Part shown: one piece after another, positions 49,456-59,685 of the stretch
Layout of the letters: every line of letters begins with the position of its first letter
How positions within the stretch are numbered: position 1 is the stretch's first letter
From: Amoebophrya sp. A120
Taxonomy: Eukaryota; Protista; Dinoflagellata
Assembly: GCA_905178155.1 (NCBI GenBank)
Contig: CAJINV010000002.1
Location: 4,893,709 to 4,957,708 of the forward strand
Length of the DNA stretch: 64,000 nt
Reading direction: 5' to 3'
The notes under the pieces: generated by a model
What the model saw: the letters and a program-made list of their open reading frames with translations, nothing else
Database searches by the model: none
Told to the model about the DNA's origin: nothing
Position numbers and translations under genes: made by a program

Positions 49456-51807
49456 TCAATACGAGGCTTGTTGCAATTGTGAAGCTGTCCTTCTGAATGC
49501 GTACTGCAAGGAAAGCAGATCCTGCAGGTGAGAATGAGGATAGTTTCTGTTTTTCAAGCAGTTTTCTTTCTCTACCAACCCTTCACCAAGTTTCTCCTCC
49601 TGCTCTTCCTCCTGCTCCCGTAGGTATCTGATCGCAGTCTCGATCACCTCCAAAATTTGCTGCTCAACGACCGGAAAACCACACAGGAACGAAGTATGCC
49701 TTGCCGTCGCTCCCTCCTCGGTCGCTCGGTCCGTTTTTCCACCTCCACGGCGATGCTTTGCTATCCGCCCCTGCAGCTCTTTCAGGCGATGCAACATCTT
49801 TTCCTGCTCAATGGACAGATGCTGTGTCCTCGGAAGCAGAAACTGTCTGCGAAAACTACTGGCAGTACTGAGGTTCTTCGACGAACTACTCCCGATCATT
49901 CTAACCGCCCTCATCCTCATCTTCCCGCTCTGGTGCTGTGCGTGGTGCGGCCGCGGGACGTTCGCTAGTACTTGCTCCTGCGCTTGTTGTTCAAAAAGCC
50001 ATTTTTGCTGTGAAGATGCACCCGAACCAGTACTTCCGGCGCCACGGTTTCTTGGTGTGCTGATTTGGTTCGGAAATAAAAATTGTTGCGTTTTCTTCCC
50101 TGCTCTGTAAGAACCTTCTCCGACGACCAGCGCTGGCATCAAATTCACGTCCAGCGACTCGATCAAAGCCCGATCTTCAAACGGCGTAGTCAGCAAAAAC
50201 GGAGAGGCTGCGTGCCCGATCGGGGTGCCGAGATCAGGTAACAGGTCTTGTTTCATGCTATTTTTACTTTGTGCGTTGTAGTTCTCGCCTGATTGTGCTC
50301 GTGTCAAAATCGTCCCGGCGTCAAACGACTGCCCAAGTGCGGAAGCGAAGGAGCTCTTGGAGTCGTCGTCGTCGGCAATGTCCAGCTCGTCGAGTAATAG
50401 GGACTGTTGACTGTCGGTGACAAAATTACTGTGGTTATAATCTTCATGGTTCTTGTTTGTCCCGCCGAGTAAATGCTGCAACACCGTCTGCGCCTGGATG
50501 TCGTTGACATTTGTTGTGGAAATGAAGTGACACAAACTGATGTCTTTCTGCTGCTCTTGCTGTTCCTGAAAAAGCTTTCTCTGGACTGCGGCAACCACAT
50601 CAACTTCTTTGGTCGAAGTCGAACTAACAGCCGGATTTTCACTTCTATCCCGCCGCTGCTGCCATCTTGGTTGAGCCGCGCAGAACAGCGTCGCTTCGGC
50701 GATTTCGGGGTCGGCGCTGTCAGTGGTATTTGTTCTTTCCAACTGCAGCTTCTCGTCGTTCTTTCCGTCGCTGCTTTCGGATTTTTTTTGAAAAAGCGGA
50801 ATGTAGGAGCACCGGAGCTTTCCGTCCAAGAAATCTACTGCGGTTGATTCCTTCTTGCCGCGCTGCTCTTTCGCATGCATATTTGCAGGATGAAGATGAT
50901 CTTCTGCGTGGTTATACTTCTCCATGGACGCGTTCAGATCCTTTTCCAGCCTCGACAAAGCGTCGCTCAGAGACCGCGAATCTTGTGGTTCCTCTTCTTC
51001 TTCTTGTCCCGCGAAACTGAACAGTTCCAAACTTGCGTTCTTGTGTAGAAGTTTGTTGCCAGTCCGCTCCCTCCGGCGGCGAGCCGTGTGTAGCCGCGAA
51101 GTAGCCAGCAGCGGTGGACTACAGAGGGAGGAGGTATTGCTGCTGGAAATAACTTTGTTGCCGTTTCCATATTGAGCTTGTTCGGAAGTACTACTATTTT
51201 CCTCTTCATCAACATCATCGGCGTTCCCCTTCAGAAGCTCTTTCAACTTGATTCTGCCAACCGCCACGGGCTTGGAGCAGGATGCGGCTGCTTCTTGCTG
51301 ATCATTCTGTTTTTGGCCTTGCTCTTGGTGTTCCGGCTGCAAGACTTCTAATGAAGCTGTCCTCTTGCTGTTCGTCGTACTGAGCAGCAAAGTCAGTTCG
51401 AGCTCTTGGTCCGGAAAGAACCTTTCCGGAAATTCATTTGTACCCTCGTTAGCGGTTTTGACGCTCAGAAAGTGGATGCTGCTCAACCCCGTGGCAAAGG
51501 AAAACGGTGCGGAATAAGCGGTGGCTGGAGCTACCTCTGCTGTGTCGGAACAATTGGTCCCCGCACTACATGATCCTGAAGCAGGAACAACAGCTTCCTG
51601 TCCCGCAGCCGGATCCGAAACCAACCGCCAGCGCAACTGGTAGCTCGGCGGCGACTGCAACAACGAACCGACACTGCTTTGCTGCTGTGCGAGACACGTC
51701 GCGAAAAGCTCGGTTGGGGAGGCTTCGAAAAAATCCAGGCCCTCGACGTACAGTGTGACGAAGTAGACGCCAGGGTCGACGGAAAATTTGGTTACAGGTG
51801 TGGTCAT
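49456..51807 (-). CDS. Hypothetical protein (783 aa), intronless
   Basis: Long ORF with an ATG start. The beta-rich N-terminus is possibly C2-like, but not confidently assigned. Confidence 0.7.
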   Translation of the reverse strand: MTTPVTKFSVDPGVYFVTLYVEGLDFFEASPTELFATCLAQQQSSVGSLLQSPPSYQLRWRLVSDPAAGQEAVVPASGSCSAGTNCSDTAEVAPATAYSAPFSFATGLSSIHFLSVKTANEGTNEFPERFFPDQELELTLLLSTTNSKRTASLEVLQPEHQEQGQKQNDQQEAAASCSKPVAVGRIKLKELLKGNADDVDEEENSSTSEQAQYGNGNKVISSSNTSSLCSPPLLATSRLHTARRRRERTGNKLLHKNASLELFSFAGQEEEEEPQDSRSLSDALSRLEKDLNASMEKYNHAEDHLHPANMHAKEQRGKKESTAVDFLDGKLRCSYIPLFQKKSESSDGKNDEKLQLERTNTTDSADPEIAEATLFCAAQPRWQQRRDRSENPAVSSTSTKEVDVVAAVQRKLFQEQQEQQKDISLCHFISTTNVNDIQAQTVLQHLLGGTNKNHEDYNHSNFVTDSQQSLLLDELDIADDDDSKSSFASALGQSFDAGTILTRAQSGENYNAQSKNSMKQDLLPDLGTPIGHAASPFLLTTPFEDRALIESLDVNLMPALVVGEGSYRAGKKTQQFLFPNQISTPRNRGAGSTGSGASSQQKWLFEQQAQEQVLANVPRPHHAQHQSGKMRMRAVRMIGSSSSKNLSTASSFRRQFLLPRTQHLSIEQEKMLHRLKELQGRIAKHRRGGGKTDRATEEGATARHTSFLCGFPVVEQQILEVIETAIRYLREQEEEQEEKLGEGLVEKENCLKNRNYPHSHLQDLLSLQYAFRRTASQLQQASY

Positions 51808-52319
51808 GGCTTAAGCTGCATATTTTCAGTGTTTATGCTTTCGGCTGAAGGACGTTTCTCCCGTATCTGGTGTCGCTCTCGAAACCGTAGTGCTCGCCAC
51901 GGAAAGTAATTACATGATACTGACCTAGTTCAAGAAAGAACGCCGACAAAACAATGTGACACTACACAAGACACTCTTCATAACGACGACACGCTGACAT
52001 TTCAGAAAAGCGAGACTGTGCAAACATGTCGCTCTTGATTCGCCCTCTCTCCTGTAGTTACGAGAAAGAAACACGCACGAAAAAACATCCTATACCAAAA
52101 ATAACTCGCACTTGCGAGCCCACAAGTTGTGTAGAATGCAGTGTGCGCCACAAAGGCTGACGCTCTGCAACCGTTACAGATAAATCAAAAAGGCCAAAAC
52201 TGGTCAAAATATCGCGACTCTTTGGAAACAAAATGGATCTTTATTCTCTACTCCGTTGTAAGTCAGTCAGACAGTCTGCAGAGGCTTCTGTCTCTTCTTC
52301 GCAAAACAAGCCCACTATA

Positions 52320-54641
52320 CTATGCTCCAAAAAACTTCTTCCGTGTGTAGGGATTCAGCACGACGCCCGGCTTGGTGTTGAAGGTGAAGATCGCATTCAC
52401 GCGCACCTGATCCCCCAGGACTTTCGTAACCTCATGCAGCGACCGGTTACCGGCGAAAAGGTACAGCGCCCCGGGCTCGAGTTTCGGGACAATGAGGTTC
52501 TTGTTGGGCTGCTGTAGTGCTGGCGATCCGTCAGTAGCGCAAGAAGAAGCGAGGGTCGTACTAGAACTGGGGATGTTCTTTGCCCTTTTTCTGTTCTTAC
52601 ACCAGATGCAGGGTAAAATGCTTCGTTTATTCCGGTTTTCGTTTTCCTTCGGGACGGCTTCTACCAAATACCTCTTCTCAAAATCCGCCCACGTTTCGTC
52701 TACTCGGGATTGGTGTTCTACTACTTGCGGACAGTTATTTTCTTCATCGCAAACAGAAGTTGCTGGTGCTGACGTTTTTCCTTTTCCGATTCCGACGTCC
52801 TGCCCGATTCCTTCTCCTTTTCCGATTCCTTTTCCGTGGTCCATCTGTTCGCAAACGTGATCCACGAACTCGCGACTGTCCGGCCAGTAGCGGAACTTCC
52901 CCCCGCCGCAACTCGTTTCCTTCTATCATAAGGAAAAATCCCCCCTCCCCATATTGAAAACGTATCCGACTGAAAATTTGTCATGCGCATTTGTGACCTC
53001 AAATCCTGTCTGTCTTGCAAGAAGGCAAGTCCAGAGAGAGCCCCGCACTTTGCAGGCGGTTTGTGATGCTGTTGGGCTTAGAGCATACACATTTGTCATG
53101 CTAGGCGCCTACGTCAAAACCTCTCGACTGGGGGTTGCCATATACCTGCAGTGCTCTACTGCAAGACAAATCTGATTTGTGTACGGAAATCCAGCATCAG
53201 AAACTTCGTTTCGATATGGGGAGGGGGGATTTTTCCTTTTGATACCTTCAGGATCAGGTTTATCGAAAACTCGCTCCGGTCGAAGTGCCACCCGAGCTGG
53301 TCCCCCTTCTCGAAGAAGTTGTAGTACACCCCACCGTATGCATTGCAAAAGTATCGTACTAGTATACTAGATTGCATTACAAATTTGCTCAGCATGAGAG
53401 CTGGGATTTGTCATGCTGTTTTTCCTTAAGGACAAGATTTGTCATGCATAATGGCAATTACTACGAGTACGATACTTTTGCACAGGATACACCGATTTCG
53501 TCTGCGGAGTGGTACAGTTCCGGCAAATCAAAGGTATGAAATGCAAAAGTGTCTGGGTCTGGAATGTTGCCGGGATTGTCATGCATATTTTGCATGGCCC
53601 AGGATGTCTGTAATGCATGACCTAGCATCGCAGATATTTAGAGGGCTTCCTGATGCCTAATCCGCATGACAAATGCCGTCCCCGCGTAGCACAAACTAGA
53701 CTCCTCTTGCTGATCATGCAATACGGATTTTTTTAGAGTCCAAAGTTAGTATCACAAGCTCCAACCTTCCCGACCCAGACATTTTTGCATTTGATAAAAG
53801 GCTTTCTTCAACAAATTCAGCAGCAAATCGGACTTGTACAACTCGATGAGCAAGGAAGTAGATATCAAATGTAAAAATGTCTGGGTCTGGAAGAGTGCAT
53901 GTTTGTCATGCTTGTCTGGCATGACTCTCAAATCTGTCATGCACGTTACCCAAGAGCGCCACTTTTCTGTCATGCAGAAACGCAGTTTGTCATGCAGAAT
54001 AGGCAACACCTAGAAGCTCAGAAACTTGTCATGCTGAGGCAGCTCTTGTGGCCTCCTCATGATACGCCACGCAGCATCACAAGTTTCCAGACCCAGACAT
54101 TTTTGCATTTGATAGTAGAACTACTACTACCATTTTGGGTACTAAAAGCCTTATCCTCGATCTCCTTTTGATTCACTAAAACTTTCCCGCTCTCGAACCT
54201 CTTCGCCTTCAGCAAGTGGGTCGCTCTTTCCTCCTTTTCAGGCGCTCCTGCTGTGTTTTCCAAGTACAGGTTGTGTTCTTCAAAACTCCTGAACCCTTTA
54301 CCCGCTTCATTTTTCAACGCCTCCGCTTCCTGTAACAGCTCGGAGACTGCGTCTTGGGAAAGAAAATTTTTCAGCACCACGATGCCGTCCTGCAAAATCT
54401 CCTGCCGGAGATCCCGCCCCTGAAAACTTTCCGGCCGGACGCCGCGGGGAAGAGGTTGGTCTTTTTCTTGCTCTCTTGCGGAGACGGGCACAGCAGGTGC
54501 TTCTGCCTCATCTGCGCCCTGTTCTTGGTCCAGCGGTGCCAGAGCAGATGTCATCTTGGATGCAGGTGCTGGCACAGTCAATGCGGAGCTCGTCGTGGGG
54601 ACGAACTCGCAAAAAAAGAACGCTTTCAAAACTGGCAACAT
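52320..54641 (-). CDS. Fe(II)/2-oxoglutarate-dependent dioxygenase (HxD...H), 4 introners; start may be 54554
   Basis: Spliced 1314 nt in frame: DGIVVLKNFLS, EHNLYL, YHSADEIGGVYYNFFEKGDQLGWHFDRSEFSINLIL, GGGKFRYWPD, LEPGALYLFAGNRSLHEVTKV, RVNAIFTF. Confidence 0.85.
52924..53244. mobile_element. Introner family A
   Basis: 321 bp, DR ccttc/ccttc. Confidence 0.92.
53337..53489. mobile_element. Introner family F
   Basis: 153 bp, DR caccg/caccg. Inverted relative to the 38318 copy. Confidence 0.92.
53535..53796. mobile_element. Introner family B
   Basis: 262 bp, DR aaagg/aaagg. Inverted relative of the 46364 copy. Confidence 0.92.
53863..54114. mobile_element. Introner family B
   Basis: 252 bp, DR gtaga/gtaga. 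Inverted relative to the 17627 and 21292 copies. Confidence 0.92.
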
Positions 54642-55220
54642 TATTCTACAGTGCGCGCAATCTACTTTCCGAGGGGAAAGACCTGCCCCTTTGATCGAGT
54701 TGTAGTACCGATAGAAGTTCTTTCCACCCTACCGATACGGATGCCTGTCTTCCTCTATCCCCTGTCTTTACTTTGTTCTAAAGAAGCGGTTTGAAGATGC
54801 CTAGCTGTAGCTTCTGTTTCTGAAGATGTCTTTGAGTCTTAATAAGAGCATGGAAATTATTGCCTCAGCCACTGATTCATTTTGCAAAACAAAGAAAGAT
54901 CGCCCCTGTAGTAAGCTGCGTCAATAGAAGCTGAAAAGATCCATCTGTCGTAAAGAAAAAAAATAAGTACTTACTTCAGCACCCAGGCATGAAAACGAAC
55001 ATAGCCATCGATAGCTGTCAGTCCTTGCGAATGATCCGAATGCGACACATGGCTGCATTGCAAAATCCCACTGGTGCGCGGATTCTTTTAAAAACACCCA
55101 CAATCAAACTATAATCGCTTCTTTCAGAAAGTGATTCTTTTGTAATGTAAGCGCGATTATGCAGGAAAGAAATTTAAACATTCAAAAAACCCATTCAAAG
55201 GGAGACAAAATCAATCGTCT

Positions 55221-58200
55221 TTATTCCATCGACCGTCTAACCATCCCCGGCGACACCTCCGCTTGCGCTTGCACATACGCGCTACCAGCTCCAGCCTGTT
55301 GGGCTTGTGGATGCACGAAACCAGGCACAGCAGCCGTGGCTCCTACAACACCCTGTGTAGTACCAGCTGTAGGCGCGCTACCCAAGGTCGGTGGCCTGAT
55401 GTCCGCCGCTCTGTTTCCGAGGTGGATCATATTCGTAGCACCAGTGACATTAGTTGTTCCAGCCAGAGGCGGTTCCACGGTTGCCGTTGCTGCAGACGGC
55501 GCTACCGCAGTGCCGAAGTTCTGGTTCACGGGCGACTTCTGCTCGATCTGCATCGGCTGCCCTTGTTCTGCAGGCGGACTACGTGGTTGCGACGAAGGTA
55601 GCGAGGCGCGGAGCTCCTGTCCGGGTAAGCGCAAGTCCTCCGGCTTGATGCGCTTTTGATGAACTCTAAACGCGTCCGCTGGGTCGAAGGGGGTGAAGTC
55701 ATAACTGTAATTTTGGTTTTTTCGTACGATCATCTACTGCTGAGAACTACAACAACGACTGAAAAACGCAAAAAACACGTCTTGTTGTTGTTCAGGCATG
55801 ATCTTATAGGAAATGCAATAGAGCACTATACCCTAGAAGTTTTTCCAGTTCCAACAGCGCCTCGTCCTGCTGCTTCTCTGCCTTACTCTCTGCCGCCGGA
55901 AAGCTGAGTATCGTGATTGAAAACGTCCCCACACCAGAGTCAAGATGGGAGGCCTACTAGACAAATCAACCAGCTTTGGTTGTTTGGCATGACAAGTTTG
56001 TCCTCGTAGTGTGATGCTAATTAGCTACTTAGTTCAGAAGCATCACAGATCTAGCATAGCATACTGATTCTAGCATCACAAAATCCAAAACACGGCAAGA
56101 AAATGCTTCTCATAGGGCTCCGCTTGAGAAACTTTTTTGGGATGCAGAATTGCATGACAACTCTGGGGTGGGGATGTTTTTACACGGGATACTGAGCGCT
56201 ACAGCTTCTTTCCGTGTCATTCTCGCCCGTTGCTTGCCACTGGCATTCCGCTGCATCCACTCCAGCTGGCGACGCTGTTTCGATAAAAATACACACAATC
56301 TATCACAGAGGAGACATGAAATGGTATACGTTTACGTCTAGCTCATACGCATAATTTGCGTTGTACATTACGGAATAAACTGGCTTCTTCTTCTTCTTCT
56401 TGAATCAAACAACATCTTCATCACATCAGTATTTCTCTATTATTACCTTGTGTCTCTCCATCGCTTCCGGTAATAATTCCGCCGGCGCCATGTTCAGATT
56501 GACATATATTGAGAGGAAAAATCCCCCCTCCCCATATCAAAAGGAAGTTTCTGATGCTGGATTTGCGTAGACAAATCAGCTTTGTATTGTAGAGAGGCAT
56601 TTCGGGCAGATCTCCAGGCTAGATAGGGGCTTATGTGTCTAGTTGCTCAGCATGGCAAGCGGCTCCCTTTTAGGCCCAACAGCATGACAAATCGCCTCCA
56701 TAATGGGGCGAAAGCTCCCGCCCTCGTCTTCTTGCAAGATACATATGATTTGTGACCTCAAATCAGCAATACAAATTTTCGAAATCATACCTTTTCGATA
56801 TGGGGAGGGGGGATTTTTCCTTTCAATAACATACCTCGGATCCCCTAACTTCCCGTACTCCATAACCGACGTCATCTGCTTCGCTTGCAGTTTCTGCAAC
56901 GCCAACCTGCTCGCTTCTTTCCTTCTGTTCACCGCTTCCTTGTTGAACTTCAAGTAGCACTCGTGCGCCCGCTCTTCCAACTCCGCCGCGTAATTCGCGT
57001 TTGACTCGATGTCCATATTCAGATTCAGCAGGTTCGCTTGCTCCGACGCGGAAATAACCGCATCGGAGGAGGTATTGATATTGTTCATGTTCGCCCCAGC
57101 ACTACTTGTCGTGCTAGTATTGTTTCCCCCGCCGCCATGATCCAGCTTCTTCGCCACTTTTTCCTCCACTTTCCTCATGTTGTCCAGACTCATCGGCCGC
57201 CTGTACACTTCCGGACCGTGTTGATGATGAACTACAGCAGAGGTAGAAGTGTTATTTTTCGCTGAATCTCCAACTTCAGGTGCAACGACAGGAGCCTGCA
57301 CATGCACCAAATACGGGTTCACGTCCTTCAAAGTGACCAAACTCGGTTTTTGCTTCAAAAACAACTCCATGCTCTGAAACTGCGAGACCCTCGCCTGTCG
57401 CAGCGCTTTCCTCTTCCGGAACAGCTATCCAAGAAAAAAACTGTGTTAGTGTAGCTGTCTTGAGGTGACAGCATGACAGATCTGCTCTGCATGACAGACA
57501 AAGCCTGTCATGCGCAGCTAGTAAGTGAAAACACAAATGAAATAGGACAACTGCATGGTTGGCTAGCATGACAAGTGTAAAGTAACAGAGTTGCACGCTT
57601 TGCATCACAGACTTACACTTACACAGTTTTTTTCTTGCAATAACAGCCTCTGCATTTTCACAATGAACCGGTGCTTGAAACTCGCGGTCATCAAGGAAAC
57701 CTTGATTTTTCGAATTTGGAATCCCCGGTACACTTTCTGGATCTTCAGGGCCGCTTCGACTTCCGTGTAGCTGATCAGGTCGTTGACCGCGCGGTAGCCC
57801 CCATACTCTGTATCCGACAGAAACCGCTTCATCTTGCTCAATTCCCGTTCTTTCAACAAGATGTTCTGTTGGAGCTTGTCCCTTTGGAGCAACCTTTGTC
57901 TGCGCTTCATAGACCTTTGCAGCAACTCTTTAAACCGTTTCTTCCTCGCCATTCTCCGGACGAAATCCTGGATCTTCTTCGCAGCCAGGATCGCGACCGT
58001 AGACGTAGTCGCTGTAGTTGCTGCTGCTGTAGTACCTCCTCCGACGCCAGCAGTCGTTCCAGATGGTGTTGTTGTTGAAAAGGGAGCTGCACTACTTTTG
58101 CTGTCTTTTCTCACCTTCAGCATGTACCTCTTGTGCTGCTCTTCTAAACGCGCGATGTTCTTCTCTAGCTTCAGCTCTTCTTCTGTCTTCGGCGGCGGCT

Positions 58201-58792
58201 GCTGTGGTGCGGGAACAAGCGCACCGGCACTGGTGGACACGGTTGCAGCGACAAGACCTCCTCCGGGGCGTGGAACTCCGTAAACGGAAGTCGCCTGCTG
58301 GCCTGGAAAACTCGAAGCCGCCGCGACTGCCGTGGAACCGCCACCGTAGGGGTTCATGTAGGCACTAGTATTCACATTGGTCGTGTATGAACCAGTTGCG
58401 GCCACTCCTGCGCTTGACGACGACGCTGACGCGGCTGTCGCTACCCCGGCCGGCGCGGGCGCGACTGCGGTGCCATAGTACAATTGCTGCGGTGGTTGTT
58501 GCTGTGGTTGCGCAAGCACAGAAGGAGCCCCAGGAGTTGTTCTTGTGCTCGCGACTCCTACCCCAACCGCGCCGGCATACGGATTTGGACTAGAGGACGA
58601 AGACAACCCCGAAAAGCTCACTGCAGCATAGGGATTTGCGTTCTGTACTGGCTGCGCCTGAGGGACCGCAGTCGCGTACGGGTTGGCAGAGCTTGATGCC
58701 ACTGAATACGGGTTGTTCGGTGCCAGGCTGGTGGCGTACGGGTTTGCGCCGTATGGCGTTCCCCCGGCATAAGGATTGGGGTTTGAGGCCAT
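55221..58792 (-). CDS. IQ-motif protein (~811 aa) with N-terminal NPY repeats; 3 introners + 2 probable GT-AG introns
   Basis: IQ motifs AAKKIQDFVRR and AALKIQKVYRGFQIRK. Probable canonical introns at 56275-56446 and 55705-55831 give 2436 nt in frame; the acceptor choice is inferred. Confidence 0.72.
55909..56191. mobile_element. Introner family C
   Basis: 283 bp, DR ctgag/ctgag. Confidence 0.9.
56507..56828. mobile_element. Introner family A
   Basis: 322 bp, DR acata/acata. Confidence 0.92.
57426..57642. mobile_element. Introner family E-like
   Basis: 217 bp, DR acagc/acagc. Removal joins MQRL|FRKR. Confidence 0.88.
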
Positions 58793-59342
58793 GTTTTCCT
58801 CCTTGTCGCTGCGGTCTAGAAGAGCGTGCTAGCCAATGACATTTGATGACTCAAACAAGCATTTTTCGGGCCTCGTAGTACGTCTACGTGAAGAACATCT
58901 ACACGCGTAATAAACAGCACAGCAGATGATGAACAATAACACTAGGTAGATACAACAACGTCACCTGTTTGAAAGAGGTGTCACTCACTGCTCCCGGACG
59001 ACGGTACAAGCCCAAGACCTCCTCAAAAGTCCCTAACTCCCGAAAAAGTTTGACCACGCGTTTGTTTTGTCGGAACAAGAATGAGAAAGAAAAGAACGCA
59101 CTTCAAGTTGTCACAATTCATCACAAAACAGCACAGCGAGGCTGTGGCAAATTGAGCCTTGTTTCTTTGGCCTAGAGATATCATCCCTAAGTGTGCCTCG
59201 AAGCGCATTTAGGAGATAAGTACTCCCGCCCTGGAAATTGTGCAATTGAAATAATTAAGTGAAGAAACAAGAATAGCAGTAGTTCAAGAAATGACGATTG
59301 AGACAGTGTGTGCTGGTACTGCTGCTGGTACCTGCTTTTATT

Positions 59343-59472
59343 GTGTAAATATTGACAAACGGAAGCTCTCAAGAGTGATCTTATCTGGAAAGATTCGTGT
59401 AATATTGACAAACGGAAGCTCTCAAGTAGAGTGATGTGTAATATTGACAAACGGAAGCGTTCAAGAGTGATC
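59343..59472. repeat. Three imperfect ~36-bp direct repeats (GTGTAATATTGACAAACGGAAGCTCTCAAGAGTGAT), intergenic
   Basis: Copies begin near 59343, 59397 and 59436. Confidence 0.85.
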
Positions 59473-59685
59473 TAATTCTTTCTGGCATACTATCGTCGAT
59501 ACAGGCTACAGCCGTACAAGCGTTCTACTTTTTCTTGGAACAGGATTGAATGTTGCAATACTTCTCCTTTTTGTCATCTTCCCCCTTTTCAAAAAAATAA
59601 ATTCGTCCCATCCTAAAAACTCAGTCACTGAAACTGATTCCGCCTCTCCACCACTGCTCAATCATACCCGGCCCCGACGTCTTGT

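Noticed and set aside
5396-56957. Short ORFs with recurring peptides such as PDPDIFAFD, FQTQTFLHLI, KNPPSPY and CKNVWVWK as a protein family or transposase
   Set aside because: These are translations of introner TIRs in various frames, with no DDE or other domain.
59343-59472. CRISPR array
   Set aside because: Only three units, spacers absent or of irregular length, no cas genes, and a eukaryotic context.
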